A stretch of 58,511 nucleotides of DNA, from the NCBI RefSeq assembly GCF_004010195.1, contig NC_057719.1:24747854-24806364 (forward strand), written 5' to 3'. The notes under the pieces were generated by a model. It worked only from the letters and a program-made list of their open reading frames with translations, did no database searches and was not told the DNA's origin. This document shows, in pieces, positions 48,925-58,511 of the stretch. The translations under genes and the position numbers were made by a program. How positions within the stretch are numbered: position 1 is the first letter of the stretch; each line of letters starts with the position of its first letter. Source of the DNA: Chiloscyllium plagiosum. Lineage: Eukaryota.

Positions 48925-51710
48925 GCTACGCATGGTCAGGTAGGAGAGATCCTATCTGGAGTGAGACACAGCCCAAGCTTGGGGAATTTGGAGGCAGCGT
49001 GGGAATTTAGTGCAGAGGGGATTTTTTTGTTTGGTCTTTTGGCTCATAGTTTGTAAGATTTTTTAACAGGATAAATTGAAGCACAACATCAGACACCCAG
49101 CACAAAACAGAGGGTGACATCACAGGAAAACCATAAGTTCACTGGTTGGTAATAGCTTCTAATTTGACTCTAGGTTAGTTCAGATTGAGAGTAAATAGGG
49201 GAAATATTTACAGATTACAAATTAAAAGGCCAGTAGGAAATTTTTAAACATCAAAAAGTGAAATTAAAAGCTTAGTAAATGGAGATGCAGGGCCAGGTAA
49301 TGTGTTGTACCTGCATGATATGGGAGCTGGTGAACCCCACTGGAATGGCCATATCTGTAACAATTGTTAGTTGTTTGAGCAACTTTAGCACTGAGACGTC
49401 AGGGGAGAGTTACCTGAATGCTGTTCTTCAGGAGGCAGTTGCACCGCTTTAGATTAACTACCTCAAATTTGATCAGTGGTCAGGACAGGAGGATGTGACT
49501 ATGACTGAGGTAGGTAGAGATTTCCAGGATGTAATGCTGAAGGCACCTCAGCCCCTAAGCCTGTCTAACAGGTTTGAAATTCATGCTTACTTTGTGGATG
49601 ATAGTGGGGCTGCCGGGAGAATGAGCAACTTCACTATAGCACCGTAGTACAAGATGCCATTCAAGATGGGGGACAAAAAAGAAATGTAGTTGCAATTGGG
49701 GATAGTACAGTCAGAGGGACAGGCACTGATCCCTGTGGCCAGGATCAACAATCCAAAAGCCTGTGTTGCCTGCCTGGTATCTGGGTTCAGGATATCTCAT
49801 CTGGGCTGCAGAGAAACCTAGAGTGGGAGGGGAATGATCTAGTTGTTGTGGTCCACATAGTTACCAACAATATAGGTATAAAGAGGAAAAACGTTCTACT
49901 GAGGCAATATAAGCAATTAGGGGCTAAATTAAAAAGCAAAACCAAAAAGGTAATAATCACGGATTACTGCCTGAGCCACAAGCTAATTGTCACAAGGTCA
50001 ACGAGATTAAAGAGGATTAAATGCGTGATTCAAAGATTGATATGAGTGAAGTGGGTTCAAATTCATGGGACATTGGCATCAATACAAGGGAAGGAGGGAG
50101 CTCTTCCAATGGGATGGGCTCCACCTGAATCATGCTGGGATAAGAGTCTTGGCAAATTACATAACTAGGGATAGGGCTCTGGATAGGGCTTTAGATTAAT
50201 CATGGAGGGGTGGGTTCAGTGACTTGGAAAACTATGCAAAAAGATAAATGAGGGGGAGGCCTCAACAGAGGTTAATAAGGTTTCCAGAATAACTAAGAGG
50301 ACAGAGAGTATGGAAAGGGTCAGGGTTCTAACTTCAGGCATAGCAGGTAAGAGGACAACTATGAGAAGAGGTCAATGCAAAATTGTGGATGTTGTACTTA
50401 TACTTCGCAGTATATGAAACAAGGTAGATGACTTGTAGCACTGATTGAAATTGGCAGGTACACTGTTGTGGTTATCACAGAGACATGGCTAACAAGGGGA
50501 CCAGGGCTGGGAACTAAACATCCAAGGATCCATGTTTTATCGAAAAGATAGGCAAATGGGCAGAGACGTGGAATCTGTGTGGATAAAGGTTGAGGAGCTG
50601 CAGAAGGCAAAAGATCCTGATGGGAGTTGCATACAGACTCCTAGAAGTAGTCAGAATGTTGGGAAGAAAATAAATCTGGAAACAAAAAAGACATGTAAGA
50701 TGCACCGTTACAATAATTATGGGGGATTCCAATCTGCAGGTGACCTCAGAAAACAAGGTTGGTAGTGGATCTCAAGTAAAGGAACTTGTGGGATATCTAT
50801 GAGCAGCTTGGTGGTAGAGCCCACTAGGGCACAGGCAATTTCAGATTTGGTGATTTATATTTGAGGCAGACTTGATGAGGGAGCTGAAGGTGAAGGAACC
50901 CCTACAGTTGCAGTGACCATGATGTGATAGAATTCACCCTGCAGTTGAGAGGGAGATCCTTAAATTGATTGTAACGGTATTACAAAGACATGAGGGAGGA
51001 GCTGACAAGAGGTGATTGGAAAGGGAGCTTAGTAGGGAAAACAGTACAGTAACAATAGCAAGAATTAATGGGTTAACTCAGAAGACACAGCAGAAATTCA
51101 TCCCTGGGAAAAAAAATACATACTAAGGGGAGGATGAGGCAACCAGCGCTAACAAGGAAAGTCAGATATAGCATAAAAATTAAAGAAAAAGCATACAATG
51201 TGGTGAAGATTCGTGGGAAGCCACAGGATTGGGAAGTCTTTAAAAACCAGCAGAGGATAACTAACAAAAGCAATAATGAGTGAGAAGATGAAAATGAGAG
51301 TATGCTAGTTAGTAGCATAAAAGAAGATTACAAGAATATTTTTAGATACATAAAATATACGAGAGAGGCAAGAGTGGGCATTGAACCACTGGGAAATGAG
51401 GCTGGAGAAGTAGTAATAGGGAACAAAGAAGTGGTAGAGAAACTGAATAGGTACTTTGCATCAGTCATCATGGTGGAAGATCCCAGCATCATTCCAGAGA
51501 CAGTCAGGGATAGAGGTGAGTGTAGTGGCCATCCCTAAGGAGAAGGTACGAGGGAAGCTAGAAGGTCCGAAGGTGGATAAATCACTGAGACCAGATGGAG
51601 TACACCCCAGTTCTGAAGAAGAAAGCTGAGGAGATTGTAGAGGCATTGGTAGTTATCCTTCAGGAATCACTGGAGTCAGGGAGGATCCCGGAGGACTGGA
51701 AAATGGCTAT
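48925..51710 (+). mobile_element. Old CR1 5' half: 5' UTR, ORF1 (about 49280-50200), ORF2 endonuclease and linker, truncated before RT
   Basis: MQGQVMCCTCMIWEL, LSNRFE, VVAIGDS, CCLPG, VHIVTNNI, WDGLHLNHAG; then VVVITETWL, FASV, LVVILQESLESGRIPEDWKMA. Confidence 0.85.
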
Positions 51711-51949
51711 TCCACCACCTCTGCCCTTTTCCCAATCCGCCCTGTATACCTTATAACGTGGTATATTTATTTCCCAGTCCCAACAATCCTGCAGCCACAT
51801 CTCAGTAATGGCTATTATATCAGATCTCCAATTTGAATTTGTGCCCACAACTAATTTAATTTATTCCTTGCACTCCATGCATTTGTATACAAAACTCTTA
51901 TTTGGGCCATACACTGTAACTTGTTCCTCAGCACTGATACTTTAGACAT

Positions 51950-52240
51950 GGTATAGAAAGGATATTGTTAAATTAGAAAGGGTACAGAAAAGATTTACAA
52001 GGATGTTAACAGGACTAGAGAGTTTCAGTTATAAGAAGAGGCTGGATAGGCTGGGATTCTTTTCATTGGAGTGTAAGAGGTTGAGGGGTGACCTTAGGCT
52101 GGTTTATAAAATCATGAGGGCATAGATAAAGTCAATAACATAGGTCTTTTCAGTCGGGTTGGAAAGTTCAAAACTAGAGGTTATAATTTTAAGGTGAGAG
52201 AGAGGAGAAAGATTTAAAAAGGGATCTGAAGGGCAATACC
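51950..52240 (+). mobile_element. CR1 3' fragment
   Basis: YRKDIVKLERVQKRFTRML..SYKKRLDRLGFFSLECKRLRGDL. Confidence 0.85.
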
Positions 52241-52379
52241 TTAAGTAGGATTCCCATTTCTTCACTCTCTGTCCTGTTACTTGATTTTGAAACTATGTTG
52301 ATTTCCCCTGAGATTACCCCATTCCCCATATGGATCACAACAACTAGATTCGCCCTCTCCCTCTCCCTCTCCACTATCC

Positions 52380-52960
52380 TTTCATGCCGGATGAAATGTC
52401 CCTCACTTCAGTACCAGGTAGACAACAGACTATGCAGTACTCTCAATCCTGCTTACACAGGATGCTATCTCTATCCCTAATCATAGAATCCCTACTATGT
52501 GCTTGTGTTTTAGCCTCCCCCTTCCACACTTAAATGGCCTCCTGTACCATGGCGCTGTGGTCAGTTTCCCAATTCCCCATACAGTACTATTTCTCATCTA
52601 CACAGGGAGCAAGTACCTCATACCTATCGGATAAAGTCAAGAGCTGGGGTTACTCCAATGCTAAATTCAGGATCCCTCTATCTGCCTCATTCATAGTCAC
52701 ACTTTCCTGCCCTGACCACTTGCCAAATTTGAAGTTCTTAATCTATACAGTGTGACTACCTCCTGAAATACAGCATCCAGCTAACTCTCCCCCTCCTTGA
52801 TGTGTTACAGTGTTCAAAGCTCTGACTCCAATTCATCAACTCTGAGCTGTATTTTCTTGAGCAAACAACACATGCTACAGATGAGGTCACCATGAACCAC
52901 AATAGGGTCCATCACTCCCACATCATGCAATTATAACGTATCACTTGACACTGTGTTTCT
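52380..52960 (-). mobile_element. Degraded CR1 ORF1 fragment
   Basis: Minus strand: CMMW..C.MCVCSRKIQLRVDELESEL, LSDRYEVL, VGFYD.GIEI; parallels the ORF1 at 49280. Confidence 0.6.
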
Positions 52961-53044
52961 ATTAATTTTTAATTTATTTAACATATTTTGTATATCTTGT
53001 ATAGTTTTATCAAGAATTCCTACTTATAATACTTCAGACGTTGG

Positions 53045-53200
53045 AAATCTAAAATAAAAGCAGGAAGTATAGGAGAAACTCAGCAGATTTGACAGTGTCT
53101 ATGGAGAGAAAGAAATAGAGTTAACCATTCTGAAGAGGAGTGGTGTTTCCCTCTCCACAGGTGCTGTCAGGTCTGCTGAGTTTCTCCAGCACTTTGTTTT
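53045..53200. mobile_element. Older fold-back element related to the hairpin family, with residual ttCTGAAGAg at its centre
   Basis: ggagaaactcagcagatttgacagtgtctatggagag is inverted against ctctccacaggtgctgtcaggtctgctgagtttctcc; a similar single arm is at about 57487-57537. Confidence 0.65.
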
Positions 53201-53219
53201 AATTCTCTATTTTTGTATT

Positions 53220-53800
53220 CTATTCCCTTTGAAATAAAGACCAATAGTCCGTTTGCATTCATATTACATGCTAATCTTGGACGCTAGCCTTTTGTGATTC
53301 ATGCACAAGGAATCCCAAATCCATAGGTGTTGTAGCTTTCTTCAGTCTCTCTTCATTTAAATAATATTCAGCTCTTCTATTCTTCCTACCAACATGCAGA
53401 ACCTTAAATTTTCTTGTAATATATTCAATTTGCCAGGCTTTTGCCCAGTCAGTAAAACTGGTTATATCCCTCTGTAAATTCTTTGTTTTATCCTTGCTAC
53501 TAGCCTTCCCACCTATTTTTGCGGTCACCCCCAAACTTGGTGATGCTACATTCACTTTCCTCATCTCAGTCATCAATATATATTCTAATGACACCTGGAC
53601 TGATCCTGTGACATTGTACTAGTTACAGGTTGCTATCCTGAAAATGCACTTTATCCCAATTTTCTGTCTTCTACTAGATAACTAATCCTCTATCAGGCTA
53701 TTATAATAACCCCAACACCATTAAGCAGCCTTAGGTGCAATATCTTACTGATATTTCTTTTGCAAATCTAAATAGATTACATTCGCTGGTTCCCCTTTAT
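53220..53800 (-). mobile_element. Old CR1 RT fragment
   Basis: KIGGKASS..NLQRDI..DWAKAWQIEY..KFKVLHVGRKN..DLGFLVHES. Confidence 0.75.
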
Positions 53801-54212
53801 CCATCATGCATATGGTGTAGCAGCCACTTTAGAGTCTAGTAATTTAAATTCAATATTCCATTATCTATGACAAAATGCTTAATTATGCACTGGCAAACTG
53901 ACATCCTCACTGTAAAATTCACTCTCCCTTCTTTTGCTCAGATAGCAAAATTGTTGGGGTGGGGGGTAATTTCATGGTTATCACTGAAAGGAATTTAGAG
54001 GAATATTACTCATATTTTATAATAGATTTTAATATTGGAATCCCTGAAAGATCAGAATTTTAGATCCTGTTGCCTGAAGCAGTATATAACACAATTTTGA
54101 ATTGATATTTGATAATACATTAGGAGCTGTATGTTACTGAAACATCAATTAGTGGTCACTATAACTTAGATTCTAAACTGCATTAAATATGGAAACACTG
54201 ATATTGGATTAC

Positions 54213-54281
54213 CATGCATAGCATGCTCCATCATCGCACCAAGAGTTGGAGCTGATTGCTCATGTCTTGTCAGTCGCAAAG
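54213..54281 (-). CDS. UNC79: UNC79 small symmetric exon (69 bp, phase 1-1)
   Basis: (P)LRLTRHEQSAPTLGAMMEHAMH(G) resembles the UNC79 RLTRHEQSAP segment. Acceptor ttttacag, donor gtaatc; frame matches both neighbours. Confidence 0.88.
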
Positions 54282-55912
54282 CTGTAAAAATTAGAAACAA
54301 AGAAAGAATACATAAGATGCAATCATGGAATTTTCTGAATACAAATAATTCCCTTAACAGGTCATCCAGTGTCATCATTTGCCTATCTGAGCTCAATTCC
54401 TAAAACAACAACTGGTAAAACTAATATTTGTAACACGTGATTTTAGAAGTTAACAGTCAGCAATAATGGAAATTTGAGCAGTTGTTTTGTCCATCAATTG
54501 AGAAACTGTATATAAGTAATTCTTAATGCTATATACATGAAGTTAGTAGGAAAGAATTTGTACTGGAAGACATTCTAAAAAGTAAGAGAGTGTTAAGTCA
54601 GATAATTTCCAAAAACAGCAAAGGGATCAAGATTTGTGAATAGTCCCACCCACTGCATACACCACAGGCAGGACACTAACTTTCTTCAACTGGGACACTA
54701 ACTTTCTTCAGCTGGGACATTTCCATAGTTTGTGCAGTCATCACTCCTCGCAATAGTAATTGGCTGCATGCAAGCATCATCTGGTGACCTATGATCATGA
54801 ATTCCTGTCTAAAATCCTACCAAACTTAAAGCTTGTATGCCCCTCTTAAAAGAAGGCACATTATTGTTGTTGGTGGCATCGAAATCCTCTGAGTATTGCA
54901 CTAGGAAGGATTCCATACGCACGCATCAAATGTTTAAAATGTTGTACTAGAGAACTAAGAGATGGAAAGGAGGAGTGATGTCCTATATGCTAAGGATGGC
55001 TAGAGGTCTTCGGAATATGTGCACTAAAGACATTGGCAAGTTATAGCAAAGCCTAATTTGAGAACTGTACACCTACCTCCCCCTCACTTTCCCATCACTC
55101 AAGATTTGAAGGTTGCCAAAGGATTTAATGATCACATGAGTTGCAAAGCTATGACCTATTGAATAGCAGAGCAAGCCCAAGGGGCAAAAATAGCTTTCTC
55201 TTGTTCCTAATTTGTATGCTCACATATCAACTTCAGGAGAGAATCTTCAAATACCATATAGATTGTACCACTAGCCTGAGATACTGCACACCCATCACTG
55301 ACCTATAAACACAATCAATCAAGCAAAGACCCAACATTCATAAACTTTACCTCAACCTCCTAAGCACAGTACCATTTCAAGCCTCATTGCAACATCTCAC
55401 AAACTATTCAACTGTGAATACAAAATTATCACATTTGCCTCTTTCTTGCACAGGAAGATGGTGCACCTTCTGGAATGCTTATTGGTCCACATGGCCTCTG
55501 CTTATTCTTTCAGTCACTGTAAATGCCAAGCCAAAGCCCTGATTGGCTCTAAGTTATGACGCTCAGAGAGCTAGTGTAGATACCAAAAGGCCAACTGGTC
55601 TCCTTCTCTGCTGTAATAATTCTGTGATAAATAGTCTGTGCTATGAACCTCAACAATGTGACACTCCATACAGACCACTCCAGAGTCCTTGGAAGCCATG
55701 CAGATATCATGTTTTTCCTAAACAGACACCCATCCCACCACAACTTCCAGCACCATGGAACCAAATTTTGAAGTGGGCTTTTATATCTACACATGAAGAA
55801 AGAGTTTCCTAGCATATTAAATGGAACCCTACTCATCTGAATTAACAATTCTTATAATCTAGCCAAAAACAATTACAAGCTAAAATGACACTTTCAGGCA
55901 GAAAACACTTAC

Positions 55913-56092
55913 GCAGTTTGGTGCTTAGAGTTTCTGGAAGAGAAAGTGCCCTCTTTGACTCTCCTGGACCTTTCACACTATCCCTAAGAGATCGCACACT
56001 TCTCTGTCGGTTTCGTGCAAAGCGAGCGCGTTTGATCTTCCACATGGCAGCATCACTTAGATTAGCAACATTTGTCCTTACAGCAGTGATAG
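55913..56092 (-). CDS. UNC79: UNC79 internal coding exon (first in window, 180 bp, phase 1-1)
   Basis: Encodes (A)ITAVRTNVANLSDAAMWKIKRARFARNRQRSVRSLRDSVKGPGESKRALSLPETLSTKL, which I recognise as vertebrate UNC79. Acceptor ttcttcag, donor gtaagt on the minus strand. Confidence 0.95.
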
Positions 56093-56419
56093 CTGAAGAA
56101 AAGCACATGCAAACATGAAAAATACCTAGTCAAAAGGCAACTGATAAAAAAGTTGCTTTTGCAACTCAGACATCAAAAGTTTGCACTGCATGCCTAAACA
56201 ACGGTGCGCTAAGATAATTAGTTTATTTCTTGAGGGGTAGAATTGCAGAGAATTAGTGTCAAGCTTGAATTGAATTGAATTGAATTTCTTGTCACTTGTA
56301 CTGAGGCACAGTGAAAAGTTTGTAAGTAATTTTGGTTAGACCACTATTCAAGTACTGTGCACAGCTATTACTTCTATATTCTAAAATGGATCTACTTGTC
56401 CTGAAAACAGTGAAAAAAA

Positions 56420-57190
56420 AATTTATAAACATGATATCAGAATGAAGAGGAGATGCACATCAAGAAAGATAAAGCATGCTGAAGCCCTTTCTCTATTACC
56501 TGATAAAAGCCTTTTATACAAGGATTTAATGGGGATAATATATCTAAGGTAGTCATGAGTATACTTACTAGGAAATTCAGGACATACTTAATTACCTGGA
56601 GAATGGCTGCAATGTGGAACTCTCTACTATGAGAGGTAGTTGAGGAAAATAGCATAAATTGATTTTAAGCAGAAGCTTCACAAATATAAGGGTGAAAGGA
56701 TCGGAAGGTTAATAGAGCATACAGTATGACATTTCTGGGCACCACACTTCAGGAAGGAATTGAGCACATTGACGAAACTGCAGAGTAAGTTTGCCAAGCA
56801 TTGTTCCAGGGATAAGAGTTCTGTCTTCCTTGAAGAAGAGAAATCTAACAGGAGTTTTGATTGAAGTTTTCAAAATTATGAGAGATCTGGACAAATTAGA
56901 TATGGAGTAACTGTTGCCTTTTGCAAACAGATCAAGAAGGAGAGGGCACAGATTTAAAGTCATTTAAAAAAGTAGTAAATATGACACAAGAAGAATGTTT
57001 TTTCAGTCAGCAAATAGTTCAGGTCTGAAATGCACTGCTTAGAAGCATGATGGAGACAGATTCAATTGAACTAATGTGTAGCACTGAGGGGAAAGGGTGG
57101 GAGAATGGGATTAAGTTATCCCAAATTTTAAAAGAGCCAGTGCAGACGCAATTGATCAAATGGCTTTTTTTGCTTGTAACAATTCTGTAC
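56420..57190 (+). mobile_element. Two old CR1 3' fragments in tandem
   Basis: Degenerate FWAPHFRK, NLTGVLIEVFKIM, RRGHRFKV and WNSL motifs. Confidence 0.6.
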
Positions 57191-58267
57191 TTCTATTAGG
57201 CTGCAGCATTAGCTGAACTGGATCAGAGGAAGTATAAATGGAGAGACAGACCATTTGAATTAAATGCCATGTTTGTGCACTGTATAATTTATTCAATACT
57301 ACACAAATGCTTAATTTTCATATTTTTATCAAATGACAATGGCATGAATTGAAATACCAAAACTTAATCTCTCATCTGTCGGAAATAATACCAAAAATTG
57401 GCCCATTATTAAGTATTATTCGAAGTACCATGTATGCAGCAATACATTGTTATTTTAGATCTTTTATCACAGTGCAACAGCATTCAAAACAAGAAATGCT
57501 GGAAACACTCAGCAGGTCAGCATCTGTGGAAACAGAATCTCTTTGGTTAACATACGTTCATCAAAATTTTGATTTGAAACACTGGCAGAAATTTATCAGC
57601 AGCAGATGGCTCACTGCCTCGGAAGAAAAGTTGGCAGTGAGTCAACATACATAGAACAAGCCCAGCAGCAAACATAAAGTGCTATAGCAAGCTAAATTAG
57701 TGGAGAATGAGACTTCTGTCCCTCAGCTCCAACAGCCCCACAACTTCATGGTGGATGCTGCTCGTTTTGAGGCAGGCCTCTGGAAGGAAGCCTACAGGAA
57801 CCCTGGATCAAGATACGTCAGTGGGGCTTTGGTTAGGGAGGGCTTGCCCAATTTAGAGGCAGGGTCAAAGGGCAAGGGAGATTTGAAGTACAAGCAGGCA
57901 GGTAGGAAGGAAGGAAGGGGGTTACTATCTTCTGGGATGAGTTTTGCCCCTGATGGGCAAATACCACCCTCCCAAATAGTGGCATACCTCATTAGGGAAG
58001 AACGCTGGAAATTAGGCCCTGCTATTCTCCTAGTCATCACTGCCAATAATGAGTTTAAAAATACACAGCATTCCCCAGTTTACCTGTCTTTTACATGCAG
58101 GTTAACAGGAAATTTTTTGCACTTAACATGAATTCCAGTTGATTAGAAATAGGTAGATTCCAGCTGCAGATAAACCATTATGAACTGTTGACACATAACT
58201 ACTAGTTAAAGCTCAACTCACTAATAAACACCCCTTCTACACACACACACACAATTGGTGTTATGTC

Positions 58268-58511
58268 ATAGAGTCATAGAGATGTACAGCATGGAAACAG
58301 ACACTTCGGTCCAACCTGTCCATGCCGACCAGATATCCCAACCAAATCTAGTCCCACCTGCCAGCACCCGGCCCAAATCCCTCCAAACCCTTCCTATTCA
58401 TATACCCATCCAAATGCCTCTTAAATGTTGCAATTGTACCAGCCTCCACCACATCTTCTGGCAGCTCATTCCATACACGTACCACCCTCTGCGTGAAAAC
58501 GTTGCCCCTTG
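58268..58511 (-). mobile_element. Young CR1 3' end (same family as 7037 and 43117), continues beyond the window
   Basis: catagagtcatagagatgtacagcatggaaacagac... nearly identical to 43125-43368. Confidence 0.95.

Noticed and set aside
54672..54718. 22-bp tandem duplication and other small repeats (32974-33008, 24393-24430, 56266-56286)
   Set aside because: Ordinary slippage-type duplications and microsatellites.
57700..58131. 143-aa plus-strand ORF
   Set aside because: No recognisable motifs, non-ATG start, G-rich probably repeat-derived sequence; no UNC79-like exon recognised on the opposite strand.

Overview
Vertebrate genomic DNA, not microbial. The repeat content (V-SINE/HE1-like SINEs, CR1/HER1-like LINEs, DeuSINE remnants) points to a cartilaginous fish, probably an orectolobiform shark such as a bamboo shark (inference). 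The window lies inside one large minus-strand gene, UNC79 (NALCN channelosome subunit). Eleven internal coding exons (about 2.7 kb) can be assembled with GT-AG sites and consistent phases; neither start nor stop is in the window. The introns are largely retroelements: several CR1 families (young and old, ORF1 and ORF2 pieces), a Rex1/Babar LINE, an RTE LINE, tRNA-derived SINEs and a probable solo LTR. The most striking unexplained structure is a family of short (145-250 bp) fold-back insertions flanked by 14-19 bp target-site duplications. Each carries a hammerhead-ribozyme-like core (CTGAnGA-AGGGC-TTAT-GCCC-GAAAC-GTH), intact, partial or decayed, and they are interpreted as non-autonomous Penelope-like/retrozyme-type elements. 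Other observations are a mosaic template-switched CR1 insertion, a same-strand bias of all young CR1 copies, two co-oriented CTCF-like motifs and an apparently missing UNC79 exon. There are three assembly gaps.
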